DNA from: Minisyncoccia bacterium
GTDB taxonomy: Bacteria; Patescibacteriota; Minisyncoccia; Phycocordibacterales; UBA918
Direction: 5' to 3'
DNA: 62,426 bases
Assembly (NCBI GenBank): GCA_041736805.1
Contig: JBGSSW010000007.1
Coordinates: forward strand, 1-62,426
In this document: positions 26,900 to 36,488 of the stretch, piece by piece
Position numbering within the stretch: position 1 is the stretch's first letter
Layout: each line of letters begins with the position of its first letter
The notes under the pieces: generated by a model
Seen by the model: only the letters and a program-made list of their open reading frames with translations
Told to the model about the DNA's origin: nothing
Databases searched by the model: none
Position numbers and translations under genes: made by a program

Positions 26900-27748
26900 T
26901 TAGCGTTTAAGATTTTGGCCCATTAGTTTGTTGGGAGTAAATAGGTACATATGGACGCCGTTTGGTATATGGTCTGTCAAATCGACTAAGCCGGCAGGAG
27001 TATTTCTTTGAATTATGTAACCAAGTCCTAGGAAAAAATTAATTATGTCATCCCAGTTTTGATGGATAAAACTTCGTTCAGAAAAAGTTTTAGCTATTTC
27101 TATAAAGCAAATTGGGCGATGTTTCGTTATAGTTTCCTTTGCTCCTAGCAAAACTTCCCATTCATATCCTTCTACATCAATTTTTATAAAATGAGGAGCC
27201 GGGAGATTGAGTGAATCCAGTGTTTCAACATTAACCTTGAGTGTCGGTAATGAATTTCTATCTAGAAAATTTTTGGTCAGTGAAGAGCCAGAGCCAGATA
27301 AATTAAGTTCCAAGTTATCCTGGCTACTTCCAAGAGCCACGGAATGAGTAATAATTCTATCTGTTACGCCATTAATACGTGAAGATTCTTTTATACATGA
27401 GATATATTCAGGTATAGGTTCAAAGGAATGAACGGTAGCGTTAAATTTTGTTGCTGCCAGTATTCCGTAATAGCCTGTGTTGGCACCGATATCGAAGACT
27501 ATTGGCCTATCCAGTTCGGAAAGAATTTTCATTACAAGCTCCGTATCATCTTTTTCAACCCGACCATTTTGAGCAATGCCATAGGCGATATCTGCACTGT
27601 CATAAACATTACCAACATACCAAAAACCAAGCTCTGACCTGACTGCAGTTTTACCTAGGGTATTGTGCTTATTGGGTGTAAGGTAAAAAAGTTTTTTACC
27701 AGTGATTTTTTCAAACAAGCGGCTGAAGATAGAGAATATTTTTTGCAC
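26900..27748 (-). CDS. FkbM-family methyltransferase
   Basis: FDIGANTGYYG and IKIDVEGYEWEVL. Confidence 0.8.
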   Translation of the reverse strand: MQKIFSIFSRLFEKITGKKLFYLTPNKHNTLGKTAVRSELGFWYVGNVYDSADIAYGIAQNGRVEKDDTELVMKILSELDRPIVFDIGANTGYYGILAATKFNATVHSFEPIPEYISCIKESSRINGVTDRIITHSVALGSSQDNLELNLSGSGSSLTKNFLDRNSLPTLKVNVETLDSLNLPAPHFIKIDVEGYEWEVLLGAKETITKHRPICFIEIAKTFSERSFIHQNWDDIINFFLGLGYIIQRNTPAGLVDLTDHIPNGVHMYLFTPNKLMGQNLKR

Positions 27749-27754
27749 AGTGAC

Positions 27755-28864
27755 TTATCCTAAGTATTTTCCAGCAAATTTTTCGAGTCTTGAGAAGTTT
27801 GCTTTGTACCAGGCTATTGTTTTTTTAATACCTTCTTCAAATGAAACTTTTGGTTTAAATCCAAGCGCAAATAGTTTAGAAGCATCAATGTATTGATCAG
27901 GTATTTCAATGAAATTTGCAGGCTTAGGAATGATAATGGGCTCAATGTCTAGCACTTGTTTCCTTAATATACTTATAAGGGAAGCAACACTTTTTATGCT
28001 CGAACATTCAGCGATATTTGCTAGTTGCTTTGGTGTATAAGAGCCGACATTAAATGCTGGCCAGCCATATGTTTCATTTCCACTGCTAGGCATATTACTA
28101 TGATTAGTACCGTAGTATTCCTCCATTTTCTCTGACATTAATAAGTAGGCATCAATCACATCTTCTACATATATGTACTCACGCAGTACATTTTCATTAC
28201 CGATATTAATCACTGGTGGTTTATTAGACATTAGGCGCATCACTGTGCGGGGTATTAGTCTTGTGAAATTGAGATCACCAGGCCCGTAGATGTTGCTAGA
28301 ACGACAAACCAATACTGGTAGTTTGAACTGGAAGGCATAGGTTTGAGCTATCATATCAGCACAAACCTTAGACGAGCTGTATACATCTAAACCTCGCAAG
28401 GCATAATTTTCTCTATAGGGTAATTTTTCATGACTGTCGTCAGCGTGGTCACCGTATGATTTGTCGGTAGACGCAATAAGGACTCGTGGAATGCCACTAA
28501 CTCGAGCCACCTCAAGTATATTGAGCGTCCCCATGACGTTGTTTTCGATAGTGGACATCGGTGAGTTAGCTGCTGCGCTAACAATAGAAGTCGCTGCCAA
28601 ATGGAAAATAGTATCAATTTGATGGCGGTCACAGATGCGCCTTAGGGCGTCGTAATCAAGTAAGTCACAAAACTCAATATCTGGTTGTCTTGATACTGTT
28701 TCATCTTGTAATAAATCAAGGGTTTTTAAGGGACGATTGTGTCGAATGGTAGCAACGACAACTGCATCCAAAGTAAGTAATTTTTTAATTAAATGAGCAG
28801 CCACAAAGCCGTCAGCACCAGTAATTAAAACTCTTTTCCCAAACCAAAAATTTCCGTTTCCCAT
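27755..28864 (-). CDS. NAD-dependent sugar epimerase/dehydratase (extended SDR, CDP-glucose 4,6-dehydratase-like)
   Basis: FWFGKRVLITGADGFVAAHL, STDKSYG and catalytic YSSSK. Confidence 0.75.
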   Translation of the reverse strand: MGNGNFWFGKRVLITGADGFVAAHLIKKLLTLDAVVVATIRHNRPLKTLDLLQDETVSRQPDIEFCDLLDYDALRRICDRHQIDTIFHLAATSIVSAAANSPMSTIENNVMGTLNILEVARVSGIPRVLIASTDKSYGDHADDSHEKLPYRENYALRGLDVYSSSKVCADMIAQTYAFQFKLPVLVCRSSNIYGPGDLNFTRLIPRTVMRLMSNKPPVINIGNENVLREYIYVEDVIDAYLLMSEKMEEYYGTNHSNMPSSGNETYGWPAFNVGSYTPKQLANIAECSSIKSVASLISILRKQVLDIEPIIIPKPANFIEIPDQYIDASKLFALGFKPKVSFEEGIKKTIAWYKANFSRLEKFAGKYLG

Positions 28865-28865
28865 A

Positions 28866-30116
28866 TTAAATATTAGCTACTATATTTCTTATTTTATCAG
28901 AATACACTACAGGAGAGAAATTATCACCCCCAATCTTTTTTGCTGCGGTCTCCATCTCTGACCACTTTTCAGGGTATTTTTCACGGATTTCAATAAAAGT
29001 GCGCATGTTGCTACTATATTCGTCCACTTTGTCAAAATCAGCAATTAAGGCACATGAGTTATCTAGGTATTCTAGGTGAGCGTTCCAAATATGTGAACGG
29101 TGTGTAAGTATCGGTTTACCAAGCATTAAAGATTCAGCAATGGCAACACCACTTGTTTCACCATCGCGACGAAAGTGAGCCATCGCATCGATACTACTAT
29201 GAAAGCCCCAGACATCCTCTTCCTTGCCAGAAGGAGGAAGAAAATGCACTCGAGGGATATTTTCATCTTTAACAATTTTCTCTAAAATTGGTGGCGGTGA
29301 CATTATTAGATAGTGAGCATTTGGATAATCTTTAGCAATTTTTTGCCAGGCCCGAATACCAATTGGGTCAAAAATACTATCATCATTTCGACCAATACGA
29401 CCATACACAAAATCTGATTCAGGGATGCCAAGTTTTACTCTTAAATTTCCTCTTAATAATGAAATATTTTCTGGAGGTAATTTTGCTAGTGGGGCATAGA
29501 TAGTGACATTACGATTAGGTAATTCACCAGTCCATTTTTCTGCGTGAAGTCGAACGGTATCAGAGATACTTATACACTTCTTCACATTTTTTTGTAAAGT
29601 GGGCGCTCCAAAAATATTGATAAGAATGATTGGAAGGTTGTCTATAACATTCCAAGGATAGTGAGAGTACCCAGGGCTCGCGGTCACTATCAAGTCGATG
29701 TTGTATTCACTTATAGTGTCTTTAATGTGAGGTTTCATATTAGTCAGTCGATGGGGGACGGCTGTCTCGTTTTCACTATAGGAAAAAGGAATGTAAGTAA
29801 TCTTTGAAGACATCGCATTTTTCCGTTCATTAATAGCTGTTTTGTCACCGTACATAAAAAAAACCTTGTACCCATCAGCTAAGGCAGCTGCGATTAGTTG
29901 GAGACATTTTTCAGTACCACCAAATGACAACGCCCCAACATGGTAGATCAAAATATTTTTTATTGGTCTCCTGTCGTGAGGTTGTGTTAAATTAAAATAA
30001 TAATGACTCTCCCAATTAATCATGGCCTTTTTCCACCACCATTCACGCACAATTACCACCAATTTTCGAATTGGCCGAGGTAAAACGTATAATATCCATT
30101 TAACGAAACCTCGCAT
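28866..30116 (-). CDS. Glycosyltransferase, GT-B fold (GT1/GT4-like)
   Basis: C-terminal ETSGVAIAESLMLGKPILTH segment typical of GT4. Confidence 0.65.
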   Translation of the reverse strand: MRGFVKWILYVLPRPIRKLVVIVREWWWKKAMINWESHYYFNLTQPHDRRPIKNILIYHVGALSFGGTEKCLQLIAAALADGYKVFFMYGDKTAINERKNAMSSKITYIPFSYSENETAVPHRLTNMKPHIKDTISEYNIDLIVTASPGYSHYPWNVIDNLPIILINIFGAPTLQKNVKKCISISDTVRLHAEKWTGELPNRNVTIYAPLAKLPPENISLLRGNLRVKLGIPESDFVYGRIGRNDDSIFDPIGIRAWQKIAKDYPNAHYLIMSPPPILEKIVKDENIPRVHFLPPSGKEEDVWGFHSSIDAMAHFRRDGETSGVAIAESLMLGKPILTHRSHIWNAHLEYLDNSCALIADFDKVDEYSSNMRTFIEIREKYPEKWSEMETAAKKIGGDNFSPVVYSDKIRNIVANI

Positions 30117-30121
30117 AATAA

Positions 30122-31042
30122 TTATTTTTTAATTTTATTCTTTAAATCGTTAAGATACAGAATCCATTTTGGCATTACTGTCGGTCTCGGCTTTCTGCCG
30201 ATGTCTTTCACAAACCGCTCATGCAGTTCCTGGATGTGCCAGATTTGTAGTGGTTCAAAATACAGAATGCCATTTTTTGTTATCATATCTGAAACCTCAT
30301 TCTGTCTTTCTGCATAAGTATCAGCAAAAACCTCCATCGAAGGCATGGTAATACCTTCTGTCCATTTTGGATCAACTTCCGCTGATATTATGTTACTAAA
30401 TTGAGCTGGAAAGTATCTATGATTAATACGACGAGGATTGATACCGTTTAGCAATTCAATACACATATACCAAGCCTGCTTTATCTCGGAACGAACCTTT
30501 GCCATATAGTGTAGGTGTAGTATAGGGTAATCTATTTTGATTGAGTTACTGATACTTGGGATGCGACCAGTATGGTCAATAAGTAGTTCTTTTCTTTCAT
30601 AATCAACACTAGACCGGTCATCAATGAAGGCAAAATCTTTTGTACTCTCTTTCCAGACACCGTCTATCCTATGTCTTGAACCGTCTCCGATTAGTTGTCT
30701 CCAATCCGATCTAAAAGAGACTGGCTTTTTATTTCCCAATTCCTTCATCACCTCAACCGCTTTAGGAGAAAGGAGTTCGTCAGCATCAAGACAGATAATG
30801 AGGTTGTTTCCAGGTATCTTACGTGCCTCATCTAATAAGTTCCAGCGTATTTTATTGGAAGCCCCAGTAAAATCATTGTTAAAAAAAGTTACTTTCGGGA
30901 AACGTTTATATATCTCTCTTGATCCATCTGTAGAGTGTTGATCGGCGATTATAATATAATCAGAAAATTGCGAATAATTTTCCAATGAATATGGAAGTAT
31001 CCAAGCTTCATTTTTTACTGGAAGTAGGGTAATTATTTTCAT
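30122..31042 (-). CDS. Glycosyltransferase family 2-like
   Basis: IITLLPVKNEAWILPYSL..ADQHSTDGS..LDADE. Confidence 0.65.
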   Translation of the reverse strand: MKIITLLPVKNEAWILPYSLENYSQFSDYIIIADQHSTDGSREIYKRFPKVTFFNNDFTGASNKIRWNLLDEARKIPGNNLIICLDADELLSPKAVEVMKELGNKKPVSFRSDWRQLIGDGSRHRIDGVWKESTKDFAFIDDRSSVDYERKELLIDHTGRIPSISNSIKIDYPILHLHYMAKVRSEIKQAWYMCIELLNGINPRRINHRYFPAQFSNIISAEVDPKWTEGITMPSMEVFADTYAERQNEVSDMITKNGILYFEPLQIWHIQELHERFVKDIGRKPRPTVMPKWILYLNDLKNKIKK

Positions 31043-31043
31043 G

Positions 31044-31745
31044 TTATTTATCTATAACTCGACAATTTTCTTGTTCTTGTAATGGGTTTTTACCACCTGA
31101 TAAAGTGCCGTCTCGCTTTGCAAAGACACCAGAATTTATATCTGACTTTACCATTGAGTCTGATATTTTTGCCACCCTAACACACCAATCATAATCACCA
31201 GCAATACGAAAAGACTCATCGTAGGGACCGACTTTTTCAAAGAGTGATTTTGTGAATAAATAGAATGGCCCACAGTGCATCTCCTTTGAAAAAATTTCTC
31301 GATTAAATGTCGGTGGATTAATTAGGACTTTTTTTACGAGTATGTCCACACCAAACATTTTAATATAACGTTTGTAGGTAAAAGGGAAGTAGACAAGTTC
31401 TGCTCCTTGTTCTATTTTTTCTAAACCAGCTTTAATCGCCCTGGCGTTACGTACATCATCAACATTCCATGAAGTTATAACATTAGCGTTGGCGGCTCTA
31501 ACCCCACGGTTCCAAGAAGCATAAAAAGACTCTCTCGGTACTATGTGAAGATTGAACCAAGACTCTTTTTTTAATTCATTTAGAATCTTCAATTCTGCTT
31601 CAGACGGTTCATTTGCTATAGCATTTACTTCAAACTTTAAACCAATCTCGTCTGCTTCATGAGCAAAATCATAGAGACTTTTTTGCCAACAGAGCAAAAA
31701 CTTTTCCGTCTTGTATAGTGAGCTGGTGATTGAAATTGAGGGCAT
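31044..31745 (-). CDS. Glycosyltransferase family 2-like
   Basis: N-terminal SITSSLYKTEKFL and a NVDDV acidic motif. GT-A-sized at 233 aa. Confidence 0.55.
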   Translation of the reverse strand: MPSISITSSLYKTEKFLLCWQKSLYDFAHEADEIGLKFEVNAIANEPSEAELKILNELKKESWFNLHIVPRESFYASWNRGVRAANANVITSWNVDDVRNARAIKAGLEKIEQGAELVYFPFTYKRYIKMFGVDILVKKVLINPPTFNREIFSKEMHCGPFYLFTKSLFEKVGPYDESFRIAGDYDWCVRVAKISDSMVKSDINSGVFAKRDGTLSGGKNPLQEQENCRVIDK

Positions 31746-31754
31746 GTTTAGAGT

Positions 31755-32582
31755 TTATGGAATGGCTATAAAGGTATCATCTTGCTGCATCAACGAGTGT
31801 AGATTTTCAAGAGTACATTCAACTTTTTGTAAATTATAGATTTTATATCCTAATTCCTTTAAGAATAAAATAGTCTCTTCAGCTGTATGTTGGTAATTTT
31901 TTAAATTAAGTGGATTAAGTTCAAAATATATTACTGGCTTTAGGTTTGTAAGTGTCTTTTTTGCACCTTTAAAAGCAAGTAACTCTCCACCTTCGATATC
32001 AATTTTAATTACATCAACCTTATTTATATTATATCGCGATAGAAAACTATCGAGAGTTATGGCTTCTACAGGAATAACTCTACTTTTTTGGACTACGCGG
32101 CCTGTTCCAATTAAACCATCTCCAACACCATCAACAGCATTTTCATAGGTAACAAACGAAGTCAGACCTTCATTATTACTGACGGCATAGTGAAAGAGAT
32201 GAATTTTATCTTCAAGTTTGTTTTTTGTAATTGTTAGTCCGAAAAGCGAACGCTGTAGTAGGCCTGGCTCTAAGGCGTATGTTTGTGTATCAGGTGCGTT
32301 TTGAGATATATATAATGAAATTAAACCTATATTTGCACCAATATCAACGAATACAGGATTCTTTTTGCTTTTTAGACGAGTGACTATTTCAAGACAAAGA
32401 CTTTCCTCATAAATTGATTTTGGTGACAAAAAACGAATTCTATCAACAATACCTGGACCTTTAATATAGAAAAGATTCCACCCCAGATAATGACGATTAG
32501 TGACTTGCGGGGTAATTTTTTCTAATGAACGATAGACAAAGTGTCGAATCTTTCGGAGAATTAATCGTATCAATTTTTCCAT
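31755..32582 (-). CDS. FkbM-family methyltransferase
   Basis: VDIGANIGLISL and IKIDIEGGELLAF. Confidence 0.8.
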   Translation of the reverse strand: MEKLIRLILRKIRHFVYRSLEKITPQVTNRHYLGWNLFYIKGPGIVDRIRFLSPKSIYEESLCLEIVTRLKSKKNPVFVDIGANIGLISLYISQNAPDTQTYALEPGLLQRSLFGLTITKNKLEDKIHLFHYAVSNNEGLTSFVTYENAVDGVGDGLIGTGRVVQKSRVIPVEAITLDSFLSRYNINKVDVIKIDIEGGELLAFKGAKKTLTNLKPVIYFELNPLNLKNYQHTAEETILFLKELGYKIYNLQKVECTLENLHSLMQQDDTFIAIP

Positions 32583-33442
32583 ATAATTTTAAGGTTTTTA
32601 TACTTCCAGATTAAGTGGATCAAAATTCTATTAGAGTAAAAAAGGTATTTATTTTTACTGTTTGAATGAAGGGAATTAATTTGTGTGTACTCGAGTTTGT
32701 CTGCTTGTAGACGGCTATGCCATATACGTTGTGTTGGAGTTTTATTTTTCCCAGAATTAGCATAATTATCGTGAGACAATACATTAAGTTGGTCGTCAAA
32801 TTGAAGACGGAAGAATAGATTTAATAAACTTTGGTCATGACGAAAGAATCTACATTGGCGAATAAATATATTCTTATCCTTTCTTTTGTTTCTCCATAAA
32901 TTATCTGGAGAAAATCCTAACGATAGTCCATTATAAGCAGCTGCATACGATTTTCCTAAAGTTTCTACTATGATGTTAGTATTTTTAAATCCAAAAATAC
33001 CTGCACTGAAACCTGTTAGCTCATTATAAGAGTCTGGTACAGAAAACATCACTTTGTACTCATTAGGAATAAGGTCTCCCAAAGTTACTCCTACATCAAT
33101 CATGAGATAGTCATTTCTTTCAATAATTTCGAAATCTTCATCGAGTGGCTTTAAGACTTGACAGCCGGCATCAAGATAGAAGTTTAAATCTGCGGGTGGG
33201 TGGGCAAAAATATAAGTTTTCCAAGTATAGCAAGCACGCCAATGTGGACAGAAATGTGGCATTGAGATAACTGTGACACCTTCAATCTGTTCGAGTTCAC
33301 GTCTAAAGGTATAAAAAAGACCAAGGTCGTACACATATATAGGTGGATGTTCGGGGTAATTTACTTTAATAGAAGTCAGTAAATTTATGACAGAAGGGAA
33401 GAATTTATTTGAACAAGAAGTGATTAGAGCCTTTGATTTCAT
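32570..33442 (-). CDS. Hypothetical protein, possibly a GT-A nucleotide-diphospho-sugar transferase
   Basis: 290-aa ORF in the glycan locus with an N-terminal beta-alpha-like ITSCSNKFFPSVINLL and YLDAG. Weak assignment. Confidence 0.4.
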   Translation of the reverse strand: MKSKALITSCSNKFFPSVINLLTSIKVNYPEHPPIYVYDLGLFYTFRRELEQIEGVTVISMPHFCPHWRACYTWKTYIFAHPPADLNFYLDAGCQVLKPLDEDFEIIERNDYLMIDVGVTLGDLIPNEYKVMFSVPDSYNELTGFSAGIFGFKNTNIIVETLGKSYAAAYNGLSLGFSPDNLWRNKRKDKNIFIRQCRFFRHDQSLLNLFFRLQFDDQLNVLSHDNYANSGKNKTPTQRIWHSRLQADKLEYTQINSLHSNSKNKYLFYSNRILIHLIWKYKNLKIIWKN

Positions 33443-33445
33443 AAT

Positions 33446-34726
33446 TTATTTGGGTACAGTATGAATGATTTTTTTATAACTGTACACACCAATTAGGAAA
33501 GACAACACGATAAAGCTTGATAGTACAGTGGAAATTGCTGCACCACTGGCTTGGTATTGAGGAATAAGTATAAGATTGCTTATTACATTCACGACCATTC
33601 CTAGTAATGCTGATATAAAAAGTAGTAAACGCGCATTTTCTGCTAAGAGAATTTGATTAGCAATTATAATAATAAAAGTAGGCAATATGGTCCAGACATA
33701 AATTTGTAGAATTGGAATTGCTCCAGTAAAACCATATCCATATATAGTAGTAATAATTTGAGGAGCTAATATATGGATTAATAAAGTTAGCACAGCCCCA
33801 ATTGAAAAAACTAGTCCAAACAGTGCGACTAAGCGCTTTTTGTACATAGACATTGAATGAGACCTAGACAAAACAATAGCTGGAAAGAGTGAGCCAGCAA
33901 TGACAGTAGGAACAAAGTACCAAAGCTCAGTAAGTCGTACCGCTGAGTCATAAAGACCCACAGCGGTAGAGTCGATGATGTTTTTTAACATTACTTGGTC
34001 AATGCGAGAGTATATAACCGCACAAGCACTAGACAAAATAAATGGCCAAGCGTCATAGATAAGATTTTTGGCCACTGTCTTATCAAAGGAAAGATCAGAA
34101 ATTTTGCCAAATGTCTTTACGTGTAAAACTAAAAATGCCACAGCATACATAATCGATTCAGCGAGTAAGATGATTGCTAGATAAATAACCCCACCACCCA
34201 AAAGCATAGTTAGTATTTTGGCAATATTGAGAATAAACGTAATTACTACTGATGCTATGGAGATACTCTTATTTTGGACAATTGCTCCAAACTCAGTAGT
34301 GATGATATTAAAAGCGGTAAAAATAAATGAGGTAGAAAGTATGCAAACCAAGATAAATGACACGTCTTTCGGAGAAAACAAAAGTGCGGAAGTTGTGACT
34401 ATAATAACGGCTAATACCCCTGTACAGAGTTTTATAAATAAAGCCGTACCCATTAACTGATTCCTTTGTTCTGGGTATTTGATTAGTTCTCGATAGAGAA
34501 CAGCATCAATACCAAATGAGGCAATAAAAGAAAAAAGACCTGTAAAACTAATGGCGTAACTGAGTTCGCCGAAATTTGTCGGACCTAAGTTTCGGGCAAT
34601 ATATAGCGTGGCAATAAAGCTTATTGCCATCGTTGAGAATTTTCCAATCAGTACCCAGCCAGTATTCTTTGCGTACTTTTTAAAACCTATATGATTGCGA
34701 GCTTCTTTGTATAGAGTTTTTAGAGA
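33446..34726 (-). CDS. wzx: Wzx-type oligosaccharide flippase (MOP superfamily)
   Basis: About 12-TM protein with the GWVLIGKFSTMAISFIATLYIARNLGPTNFGELS N-terminal pattern. The start is set at the internal ATG (MSLKTLYK) to avoid overlap with the upstream gene. Confidence 0.75.
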   Translation of the reverse strand, partial: SLKTLYKEARNHIGFKKYAKNTGWVLIGKFSTMAISFIATLYIARNLGPTNFGELSYAISFTGLFSFIASFGIDAVLYRELIKYPEQRNQLMGTALFIKLCTGVLAVIIVTTSALLFSPKDVSFILVCILSTSFIFTAFNIITTEFGAIVQNKSISIASVVITFILNIAKILTMLLGGGVIYLAIILLAESIMYAVAFLVLHVKTFGKISDLSFDKTVAKNLIYDAWPFILSSACAVIYSRIDQVMLKNIIDSTAVGLYDSAVRLTELWYFVPTVIAGSLFPAIVLSRSHSMSMYKKRLVALFGLVFSIGAVLTLLIHILAPQIITTIYGYGFTGAIPILQIYVWTILPTFIIIIANQILLAENARLLLFISALLGMVVNVISNLILIPQYQASGAAISTVLSSFIVLSFLIGVYSYKKIIHTVPK

Positions 34727-34733
34727 CATGAAA

Positions 34734-35393
34734 TCAACACTTTTGGAAAACAGAAAGTGAATCACCTACTTCAATAAACTTAAGCCGGTTGTCTTTTTTT
34801 AACTCTTCCACAAACTGTACACAGCCAGGCCAGCCCTCAAACACTATTTCTCCAGCAATTGTAACGGGAGCTGAATCATGGAATCCTATGTACCCGTTTT
34901 CTTTTATCAATGGAAGCCAATCTTCTAAATCTTGTTTAACAGCCTCATATGTATGGTCGCCATCAATAAAAATAAAATCGAAAGGGTGTGTCCAATCCTT
35001 TGCAAGGTTGTAGCTAAAATCCTTAAAGAAAATGAATTGAGGATAAAACGAAAGGTTTCGCATTATTTTATCTTCACTTCCGATTAGTTTCTTGTTCATA
35101 CTATCTGGAATAAGAGGATCAATACCATATATTGGCACGTTGGCAGCTTGAGCAATTTCTTTAGTGGTACCACCGTCTAGTATGCCGATTTCAACAATAC
35201 CAAGGGTAGCTTTGGCAGCGTATTTTTGTAGTAAATTCTTTTCATTGTCTGTTGTCCATCTGGTACCATTTAGTCCGGTATCAATTTTTTTGACAAAAAC
35301 ACTCATAAGCATACTTTTAAGTATACCCATCAATTTAATTGGGTCGGTAAAAAGAAGCTTGAGTTTATATTTCGTTTTATTAATGAAATTCAT
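34734..35393 (-). CDS. Class I SAM-dependent methyltransferase (Methyltransf_24/CmcI-like)
   Basis: GIVEIGILDGGTT and FIFIDGDHTYEAVKQDLE. Confidence 0.7.
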   Translation of the reverse strand: MNFINKTKYKLKLLFTDPIKLMGILKSMLMSVFVKKIDTGLNGTRWTTDNEKNLLQKYAAKATLGIVEIGILDGGTTKEIAQAANVPIYGIDPLIPDSMNKKLIGSEDKIMRNLSFYPQFIFFKDFSYNLAKDWTHPFDFIFIDGDHTYEAVKQDLEDWLPLIKENGYIGFHDSAPVTIAGEIVFEGWPGCVQFVEELKKDNRLKFIEVGDSLSVFQKC

Positions 35394-35411
35394 AAATTTA
35401 AAATTTTCTAA

Positions 35412-36488
35412 TTATTTGTTCTTGTAAGTGGCAATAAAATTTTCCAATTCTTCAGGTGTCCCCATAACATGATTTTTATTAACCATAACAGGCCTTATTT
35501 TTTTACCAGATTTTAGTAATTCATTATACAAGGGAGCAACGTAATACTCAGACCCAGACTTTTCTTTTTTGTTGATTGCTTTTTCAGCAGCAAGAACAAA
35601 ATCTCTTCCCCGTCTGAAGTAGTACATTCCGGTTGAGGCAAAATTTGAGATAACTTCCTTTTCAGCAGTCTTAATTCCGTACCCGTACTCATCAACACTA
35701 ATGTAACTATATTTTGGTTGATCAGATTCAAAACAAGTAAGGATTCCATCTGGATTTTCCGTTTCAATCATTTCCCAAATTGGAGCAATTGCGTAGGTGT
35801 CACAATTGTAGATAAATAATTTATTATAATTATTTATATATCCTTTTGCTGTTAGGCAGGTGGCCGATTGTCCTTCTTTAACACTACTTATCTTTATAAC
35901 TGTAGTATTACGACCAAAAAAATTGGTTAATTTTTCTCCGAGGTTATGTTCCTTATCATGAGATTCTAGGATTACGAATATTAAATTGTACTTTTTTAAT
36001 TTAGGCAAAAAATCAAATGACTTCATTGCCCATTTAATCATTGGCTCGCCCAGAACATCTATCAGAGGTTTAGGTTCCTTGTATCCAGCTTTGGCAAACC
36101 GAGAACCAAGTCCTGCCATTGGAATTAAGATGTTTACTTTCTCTGTATTAAAATCTTCTGTTGATATGTCGTCCCAAGCCGTAAATTGGTGTGCCAAATC
36201 ATCTATATATATATCTGCATAAGGTTTACCAAAATAAATTTCGTCATAAGGTACATCGTGCTGTCCTAACCAGTCTAAAGTAGTCTTGCCGATTTTTGCC
36301 ATTACTTTTCCTTGGTCCCCACCGCAGGTTTTCATGTGCCTGGCTGTTTGCAAGATGACGTAGTGACCAGCCTCCTTTAGGGCTTTTATTTTAGAAACAG
36401 CGTTCTCATTTGTTTTTAAATTAGAATAGGTTTGACCATCTTTCTTTAACTCAGAGATTGTTCCATCAATGTCAATCATTATTCTCAT
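35412..36488 (-). CDS. Fusion: HAD-superfamily phosphatase plus sugar-phosphate nucleotidyltransferase
   Basis: HAD motif I MIDIDGT and a late IYIDD. Nucleotidyltransferase motif IPMAGLGSRFAKAGYKEPKPLI. Confidence 0.75.
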   Translation of the reverse strand: MRIMIDIDGTISELKKDGQTYSNLKTNENAVSKIKALKEAGHYVILQTARHMKTCGGDQGKVMAKIGKTTLDWLGQHDVPYDEIYFGKPYADIYIDDLAHQFTAWDDISTEDFNTEKVNILIPMAGLGSRFAKAGYKEPKPLIDVLGEPMIKWAMKSFDFLPKLKKYNLIFVILESHDKEHNLGEKLTNFFGRNTTVIKISSVKEGQSATCLTAKGYINNYNKLFIYNCDTYAIAPIWEMIETENPDGILTCFESDQPKYSYISVDEYGYGIKTAEKEVISNFASTGMYYFRRGRDFVLAAEKAINKKEKSGSEYYVAPLYNELLKSGKKIRPVMVNKNHVMGTPEELENFIATYKNK